Source: Planctomycetota bacterium
GTDB lineage: Bacteria; Planctomycetota; UBA8108; SXIK01
DNA length: 64,000 nt
Assembly (NCBI GenBank): GCA_965223845.1
Contig: CBDCXR010000004.1
Location: 4,704,001 to 4,768,000, forward strand
Reading direction: 5' to 3'
Position numbers and translations under genes: made by a program. The notes under the pieces are model-generated. The model did no database searches. It was given only the letters and a program-made list of their open reading frames with translations, and was not told where the DNA came from. Below, piece after piece: positions 57,973-64,000 of this stretch. The first letter of the stretch is position 1. Every line of letters begins with the position of its first letter.

Positions 57973-59232
57973 ATGGACGAGTTTCTCGATCGCACTCCCA
58001 TCATCGACGTCCACGAGCACCACATCCCCGAGGTGTTCGCGAGCCGAGAGGTCGGACTCCTCGATCTGTTCGAGCAGAGCTACGCCGGCTGGACTCAGGC
58101 CCGGCCCTACCCTCTTCCGTCGGAGAGTCGCGACTCGGATCCGATGCTGAGCGCCTCGTCGGATACGACCTGGGACGGTCTCGTCCCGTATCTCGAGGGG
58201 AGCGGAACGAACGCGTTCGTCCGGAACCTCGTCGGGGCGATCGACGATCTCTACGCGCTCGACGGCGCCGGCATCACCCGCGGGAACTGGAAAGAGATCG
58301 ACGCCGAGGTACGCCGTCGCCACCGCGACCCGTCGTGGACGGGCGCGGTCCTCGATCGCGCCGGCGTCCGGCTCGCGATCACCGACCCCTACACCGATCC
58401 CCTCCTCGACGCGCACGCGGCGCTCGGTGAGCGCTACCGCTCGGTCCTCAGGATCAACGCGCTCGCGTTCGGCTGGCACCCCGATCGCCGCGACCACAAC
58501 GGCAACTGCGCGCACGAGATCGCGGAGCGCGCCGGAGTGCGCCTCGAGCGTTTCGAGGATTACGAAGCTCTCCTCGAACGAGTCGTCGAGACGATGCACA
58601 CCCGCCACCAGGTCGGTCTCAAGAACGCCCTCGCCTACGATCGATCCCTCGATTTCGACGATCCCGACGAGCCGCTCGCCCGAAAGGCGTGGCTGAATCC
58701 GCGCGCGAATCCCGCCGAACAGAAAGCCTTCGGCGACTTCGTCGTCGATCGCTTGTGCCGTCTCGCCGGGGAGCGCGACATCCCCGTCCAGATGCACTTA
58801 GGGACCGCGATCATTCGAGGCTCCCATCCGCTTCGCGTCGCGCCGCTCATCGAGCGACATCCGCAAACGCGGTTTCTCCTCATGCACCTCGCGTACCCGT
58901 GGAGTGCCGACCTCCTCGGCCTCGCGTTCGTGTATCGAAACATCTGGCTCGATCTCACTTGGAGCTTCCTCCTCAGTCCAGCGCACTTCCGCCGCGCTCT
59001 CCACGAGGCGATCGACGTTCTCCCCGACGAAAGTCGCCTGATGCTCGGAGGCGACAATTGGCACGCCGAGGAGACCTACGGGTCGATGCGCTGGGCGCGC
59101 GCTCTCATCGGTCGAGTGCTCGGAGAGAGAATCGACGCGGGCGACTTCGGCCGGGAAGAAGCCGAACGGCTCGCCCGGCGCATTCTGCACGAGAACGCGG
59201 CGGCGTTCTTTTCGCTCGATAACGCGAGCTGA
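57973..59232 (+). CDS. Amidohydrolase superfamily protein
   Basis: IIDVHEH, LKNALAYDRSL, VQMHLG, LMHLAYP, LGGD, LHENAAAFF. Confidence 0.85.
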   Translation: MDEFLDRTPIIDVHEHHIPEVFASREVGLLDLFEQSYAGWTQARPYPLPSESRDSDPMLSASSDTTWDGLVPYLEGSGTNAFVRNLVGAIDDLYALDGAGITRGNWKEIDAEVRRRHRDPSWTGAVLDRAGVRLAITDPYTDPLLDAHAALGERYRSVLRINALAFGWHPDRRDHNGNCAHEIAERAGVRLERFEDYEALLERVVETMHTRHQVGLKNALAYDRSLDFDDPDEPLARKAWLNPRANPAEQKAFGDFVVDRLCRLAGERDIPVQMHLGTAIIRGSHPLRVAPLIERHPQTRFLLMHLAYPWSADLLGLAFVYRNIWLDLTWSFLLSPAHFRRALHEAIDVLPDESRLMLGGDNWHAEETYGSMRWARALIGRVLGERIDAGDFGREEAERLARRILHENAAAFFSLDNAS

Positions 59233-59355
59233 CGCGCGTCGTCTCGAACGCAGCCGGGAGCGTTTCTCGAACGACCCGGTCGCCTTTGGTATCCTCGATG
59301 ATGTCGACGCGGAGTCCGCAACGGGTCTCCTCCGCGTCCCGGAGCGCGCCCCATC

Positions 59356-62300
59356 ATGGTCTCCACCCCCAGCCCGCAGAATGCCGGTCTCCTTTTTTCG
59401 GGCCGGTATACGCTGGTGAAGAAGCTCGGCGCCGGCAGCCTCGGTACGGTGTATCTCGCCGAGGATCTCTCGGCGAAACGCCGGGTCGCGCTCAAGGTTC
59501 TTCGCTCCGATCGCCTCGAGAGCGCCGGGCTCGAACGGCTGAAGAGCGAATTCCAGGCGATCGCTTCGCTCCGCCACCCGCAGATCGCGGCGGCGTACGA
59601 CTTCGGGTACACCGAGCCCGTATCAGGATCGACCCGCATTCCGTACTACACCCGCGAGTACGTCCCCGGAACGCCGCTTCCGCCGGGCCCTCCGCGCTCC
59701 GTCGATCTCGCGGAGTTCCTCCGGCCCATCGATGAGCTTCTCGACGCGCTCGCGTATCTTCACTCGCACGACATTCTCCACCTCGACATCCATTCGGGGA
59801 ATCTGATCGTTCCGGTGAAACCGGACCGCGGTGCCGTGCTGATCGACGTCGGCCTCGTCGGCCCCGCGTCCGCGCCATTTTCCTCGGCGCTCTTCAACTC
59901 GCACATCGGAGTTCCGCCGGAGCTGCTCGCCGGCGCGCCGCTCTCCGCCCGTTCCGACATCTATTCGGTGGGACGCCTCCTCGTTTACCGTCTGACGGGC
60001 GAATCGCTCGGCGGCGAACGACTGCCGCGGGAGATCCCCGGCTGCACCGATCGTCAGACGCGGGAGCTCGAGCGAATCATCGCCAAGGCGATGCAGCGCG
60101 ACCCCATGCAGCGCTTCGGCTCGGCCGAGGAGCTCCGCGACGCGCTTCGCCGGGCGGTCGGCTCGGAGTCGGCGGCCGGCCCCGCGAGCGCGAACGCCGA
60201 CTCCGTCGAGCCGAGCGAGACGCTCTTTGGGCGCGAGGTCGAGCTCGGCCTGATCGACTCCGCGCTGCGAAAGGCCCGCGCGGGCTCGCCACGGGCGCTC
60301 TGGCTAATCGGCGGCCACGGGATCGGGAAGAGCCGCCTCCTCACCGAGGCGCGCTGGCGGTCACAGCTTCAGGGTTTCGAAGTCGTCACGGTGCGGTTTC
60401 GTTCCCACCAGGGTGCTCCGGGCACGCTCGCGGACGCGGCGCGGGGCGTCGCCGAGGACGCCGCCTGGCTCTCGCCGCTGTCGACGGAGCACGGAGGCTC
60501 GACACCCGAGCGCGCCCGAAAAGCGGCGCAGGCCCTGGTCCGATCGAACGGTGCACCGGTCGTCTTCGTTCTCGACGACCTCGATCACGCCGACCGCGAG
60601 AGCCATCTCCTGGCGGCCGCGATTCTGGCCGAGACCGAAAACGGGAGTGGCTCGCGAGGCGTCGCGATCTTCGTCTCGAGCCGGCAGCACCCCAAGGCGC
60701 CGCAGCTCGCATCGATCTCGACGGGGGCGGCGCGCGCGCTGAGGCCACTCGGAAAGCGCGTCTCCCGGGAGCTGTTCGCTCGGTGTCTCCGCCCCCTCGA
60801 TCCTCCCGCCGCTCTCGTCGCTCGCGGAGTCGACGAGTGTGAGGGAAACCCGCTCCGCCTCCGCCAGCTCGCGCGCGCGCTACGCGCGGAGTACGGAAAC
60901 TCCGGCGCGATCCCATCGGACGCCGTCCTCCCCCGCTTCCGCTTGCGCGCAGCATCGGCGAGCGATGATCCGGTCGAGCTCGTGAGCGCTCCCGACGAGC
61001 TCGCGGCGCTCCGCGTCCTCGCGGTCCTCGGTCGCCCGGCGCGCGCCGACGAACTCGCCGCGGCGTGCGAGCTTTCGGTCGCGAGGATGCGCGCAGTCGT
61101 GCGCACGCTCGAGCGCGCAGAGCTGATTTCGTCTTCCGTGCGCGGCCGCCGCCGGATGTTCTCGCTCGACGACCCGCAGTGGAACGCGACCCTCGGAGGG
61201 ACGACGGCGGAGAGCGAAGCCCGCACGATTCACGCGCGCGTTGCGCGGCACCTCGGCGACCTCAAGCAGCCGCGTCTCCACGATCGCGAATCGAGAGTGC
61301 GCTCGCTTCTCTCGGCGGGTGAGCTCCGCGCGGGACGAGCGGAGGCAGACGTCGTCGCACGAACCCTCGCCGAGCGCGGTCACCTCGACGCGGCCGCGCA
61401 GCTCCTCGAGCGGGTGCTCCAGCATTCGACGACGCCGACGACGCGACTCGAGCTCGCCGAGGCGATCAGCGAGATGAGAGCGCTCGCGGGAGATCATGTC
61501 GAAGGACTCGCCGTCCTCGAGCCCGCGTACCGCGCCGTCGACGACCAGCTCGCCGGCCGCGACCGCGTGCGCGTCGAACGTCGCCTCGGAGTTCACTACC
61601 ACCGCGCCGGTCAGCCGGCTCAGGCGGTTGAGGTGTTTCAGAGAGCCCTCGCCGCGGCCGATGCGCAGCGCGATCGCGAAGAGCTCCTCTTCGTCCAGTC
61701 CGAGCTCGCCGAGCTGCACACCTTCCGCGGCGAATACGATGCCGCGGAGCGCGCGTGCGAGGAAGGGCTGCGCCTCCTCGCGGCCGCCCCGACGGGCTCC
61801 GGATCACCGAGCCCGCTCATGGAAGTGACGCTTCGCGCGAGCCTCGGACACCTCGAGCTCCGGCGGATGCGCTTCGATCGCGCGCGCGACGAATTCGTCG
61901 CTGCGCTCCGACTCGCCCAGAGTGGCAGCACGACGACGCAGCGCGCCCTAATCCTCAACAACCTCGGCGTTCTCTACAATCAGCGAAGCGAGTTCGCCGC
62001 GGCGGAGAGGAGCTTCCGGGCGGCCGAGAAGCTCCAGGCGGCAGCCGGCGAGCGCGGCGACCTGATTCAGACGGCGTGCAATCTCGCGCTGATTTCGGCG
62101 AAGCTCGGCGATGCGGACGCGGCCGATGCCGACATGCGACGAGCGCGGCAGCTCGTCCGAGAGAAGCCCGGCGAGCGGCTCGCGTTCACCGCGGCGATCT
62201 CGGGTGCGTTCAAGGATCACCTCTTCGGCGCGTTCGAGTCCGCTCTCGACGCTCTCCGCGACGCCATCCCGCTCGGCAAGAAGCTCGGCGATCGCTACCT

Positions 62301-64000
62301 GGTTCAGTTCGCGACGGTCTACCTCGCCGAGGCGCAGATCGGTTGCGCGCGGTACGCGGATGCGCGCCGGACGCTCGCACGGGCGGCGCGCGAAGCGAAG
62401 ACGAACGCACCACCGATCGTCGCGCGCATGGTGGCGACTCGGCTCCTCGTTCTCGATTCGCTTCTCGGTCGTCCGCGCGCCGCCCGGCGCGCGCGGAGCG
62501 ATCTCGACGCCTTTCCGCGAACCGATCTCGAGCTTCCCGAGGCGTGGAACGATCTCTTCCTCGCATTCGCCGACGCGCCGCGGTCGGAGGCGACGCGCAT
62601 CGAGCCCGAGCGCGCGCTCCGGACGTTCGCCCGTCTCGGCGTCAAGGCGGGAGAGCGATTCGTACGCGTCGCGTTCCTCTACGCGGCGATGCGGGAAAAT
62701 CGGGCGACCCGCGTTCGCTCGATCCTTCTTTCGATCGAGCGCGACGAGCCGTCGAGCCATCACCTCCTCGCGGTCCTCGAGCCGCTCGCGCGCGGAGAAG
62801 CCTGTCTCTTCCTCGGTGAATTCGAGCGGTCGGACGCGGCGCTCGACGAAGCGGCGGCGGCCATCGTCGGCGAGCCGTTCCTCGAGCTCGACTGGCGCAT
62901 CGAGTATCTGAGGGCGCGGGTGGCCGACCGGCGCGGCGACCGCGAGGCGGCGCGGCATCGACTGCACCGCGGGTTGCAGGCGCAGGACCTCATCGTGCGC
63001 GCTCTACCGACCGAATGGCGCCGGAGTTTTCTCGCGCACCCGCGATTCGCCGGACTGAACGAGCTCCGCGAGCGCCTAGAGACAACGCAGGAGCCCGTTC
63101 ACGCGCCGGGAAAACCGGGCGAAGTGTTCCCGGGATTCATCGGCACCGCGGCTCCGATCGTCGAGCTCTTCGCGACGCTCCGCCGCCTGCAGAGCATCGA
63201 CTCACCGATCCTGATCCGCGGGGAGACGGGGACGGGAAAGGAGATGATCGCGAGGATCATCCACGAGACGAGCGGCCGCCGCGGCGGTCCGTTCTACTCG
63301 GTCCACGCCGCTGCGCTGCCGGCCGAGCTGTTCGAAACGGAGCTCTTCGGCTACGAGCGCGGAGCGTTCACCGGCGCGGACGAATCGCGCCCGGGTCTCC
63401 TCGATCACCTCCGCGGCGGAACGCTCCTCATCGACGACGTCTCGCTTCTCGCGCCCGAGACGCAGATCAAGGTCCTCCGCGTACTCGAGTCCGGTGTCGT
63501 GCGCCCGGTGGGCGCCGTCGAGACGCACCCGATCGACGTGCGGTTCCTCGCGTCGACGCACGTCGACTCACGCGAGATGCTCGAGACGGGGTTGCGCGAG
63601 GATCTCTACTACCGACTCGGCGCCTTCGAAGTCGAGTTGCCCCCTCTCCGAGAGCGTGCAGAAGACATCGGCGCGCTCTTTCGACACTTCCTCGAGAAGC
63701 ACGCGCGGAAGACGGGAGAGCACGCGCCGACGGTCTCGTCCGAAGCGATCGATCGTCTCCGTGAGTACAATTGGCCGGGGAACGTCCGCGAGCTCGAGAC
63801 CGCGGCGGTCCGCGTCCTCTTCGCCGCCTCCCCCGGCGCGCACGTCACGCAAGCGGACGTCGAGCAATGGATCGACCTCGGCGATCGGCGCGCGACCGCT
63901 GCGTCGGAGGCTTGCGAGCTTCCCGAGTCGTGGCTCGAGGGAAAGGAGCTCTCGGAGCTCAGGATCGAGCTCGAACGCGCCTACATCCTGAAGGCTTTCC
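59356..64000 (+). CDS. Ser/Thr kinase + AAA ATPase + TPR + sigma54-dependent activator fusion, 3'-truncated by the window edge
   Basis: Frame 1, absent from the ORF track because no stop falls inside the window. LGAGSLGTVY, VALK, HLDIHSGN; GGHGIGKS; TPR helices; GETGTGKE, ETELFG-GAFTGA, WPGNVREL. Confidence 0.88.
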   Translation, partial: MVSTPSPQNAGLLFSGRYTLVKKLGAGSLGTVYLAEDLSAKRRVALKVLRSDRLESAGLERLKSEFQAIASLRHPQIAAAYDFGYTEPVSGSTRIPYYTREYVPGTPLPPGPPRSVDLAEFLRPIDELLDALAYLHSHDILHLDIHSGNLIVPVKPDRGAVLIDVGLVGPASAPFSSALFNSHIGVPPELLAGAPLSARSDIYSVGRLLVYRLTGESLGGERLPREIPGCTDRQTRELERIIAKAMQRDPMQRFGSAEELRDALRRAVGSESAAGPASANADSVEPSETLFGREVELGLIDSALRKARAGSPRALWLIGGHGIGKSRLLTEARWRSQLQGFEVVTVRFRSHQGAPGTLADAARGVAEDAAWLSPLSTEHGGSTPERARKAAQALVRSNGAPVVFVLDDLDHADRESHLLAAAILAETENGSGSRGVAIFVSSRQHPKAPQLASISTGAARALRPLGKRVSRELFARCLRPLDPPAALVARGVDECEGNPLRLRQLARALRAEYGNSGAIPSDAVLPRFRLRAASASDDPVELVSAPDELAALRVLAVLGRPARADELAAACELSVARMRAVVRTLERAELISSSVRGRRRMFSLDDPQWNATLGGTTAESEARTIHARVARHLGDLKQPRLHDRESRVRSLLSAGELRAGRAEADVVARTLAERGHLDAAAQLLERVLQHSTTPTTRLELAEAISEMRALAGDHVEGLAVLEPAYRAVDDQLAGRDRVRVERRLGVHYHRAGQPAQAVEVFQRALAAADAQRDREELLFVQSELAELHTFRGEYDAAERACEEGLRLLAAAPTGSGSPSPLMEVTLRASLGHLELRRMRFDRARDEFVAALRLAQSGSTTTQRALILNNLGVLYNQRSEFAAAERSFRAAEKLQAAAGERGDLIQTACNLALISAKLGDADAADADMRRARQLVREKPGERLAFTAAISGAFKDHLFGAFESALDALRDAIPLGKKLGDRYLVQFATVYLAEAQIGCARYADARRTLARAAREAKTNAPPIVARMVATRLLVLDSLLGRPRAARRARSDLDAFPRTDLELPEAWNDLFLAFADAPRSEATRIEPERALRTFARLGVKAGERFVRVAFLYAAMRENRATRVRSILLSIERDEPSSHHLLAVLEPLARGEACLFLGEFERSDAALDEAAAAIVGEPFLELDWRIEYLRARVADRRGDREAARHRLHRGLQAQDLIVRALPTEWRRSFLAHPRFAGLNELRERLETTQEPVHAPGKPGEVFPGFIGTAAPIVELFATLRRLQSIDSPILIRGETGTGKEMIARIIHETSGRRGGPFYSVHAAALPAELFETELFGYERGAFTGADESRPGLLDHLRGGTLLIDDVSLLAPETQIKVLRVLESGVVRPVGAVETHPIDVRFLASTHVDSREMLETGLREDLYYRLGAFEVELPPLRERAEDIGALFRHFLEKHARKTGEHAPTVSSEAIDRLREYNWPGNVRELETAAVRVLFAASPGAHVTQADVEQWIDLGDRRATAASEACELPESWLEGKELSELRIELERAYILKAF

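Noticed and set aside
56485-58797. 770-aa minus-strand ORF
   Set aside because: Antisense to pstB, phoU and the amidohydrolase, with no recognisable domain.
1-64000. CRISPR arrays, prophage, IS elements, rRNA/tRNA
   Set aside because: No regularly spaced repeats, transposase, integrase or structural phage operon seen, and composition looks uniform by eye.

Overview
High-GC, gene-dense bacterial chromosomal segment, most likely Planctomycetota (inferred from a Tat-exported DUF1501 protein, a secreted sulfatase, a Tat TIM-barrel isomerase, a planctomycete-type ABC/TPR-like module and a giant kinase-sigma54 fusion). I found no rRNA, tRNA, CRISPR array, integrase or transposase. Gene order: exported hypothetical proteins including a small Trp-repeat lipoprotein and a fibre-like protein; TetR(PsrA-like)-OMF-MFP-RND-mog operon; Kelch-sodium:solute symporter fusion; cstA; amn; a wzm/wzt glycan locus with methyl- and glycosyltransferases and a choline-kinase-like gene; a beta-CASP nuclease; a two-permease ABC module with a TPR-like partner; a metal cluster (sodC, ZIP-like/DUF318 fusion, Zn/Mn ABC importer, outer-membrane protein, DUF2946-like RGPP leader); isomerase; sulfatase; an ArsC-family selenoprotein that the ORF track truncates (UxxC plus SECIS-like hairpin); a carbamoyltransferase with a stand-alone Thr-type NRPS module; DUF1501; pstSCAB1B2-phoU with PHO-box-like repeats; an amidohydrolase; and a kinase/AAA/TPR/sigma54 activator running off the right edge. 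The strongest leads are the UGA-recoded selenoprotein, the complementary-degenerate PstB pair, the RGPP leader upstream of the metal uptake operon, the orphan carbamoyltransferase-NRPS pair, and the Trp-repeat lipoprotein plus tail-fibre-like gene pair. All calls come from motif recognition by eye; no searches were run.
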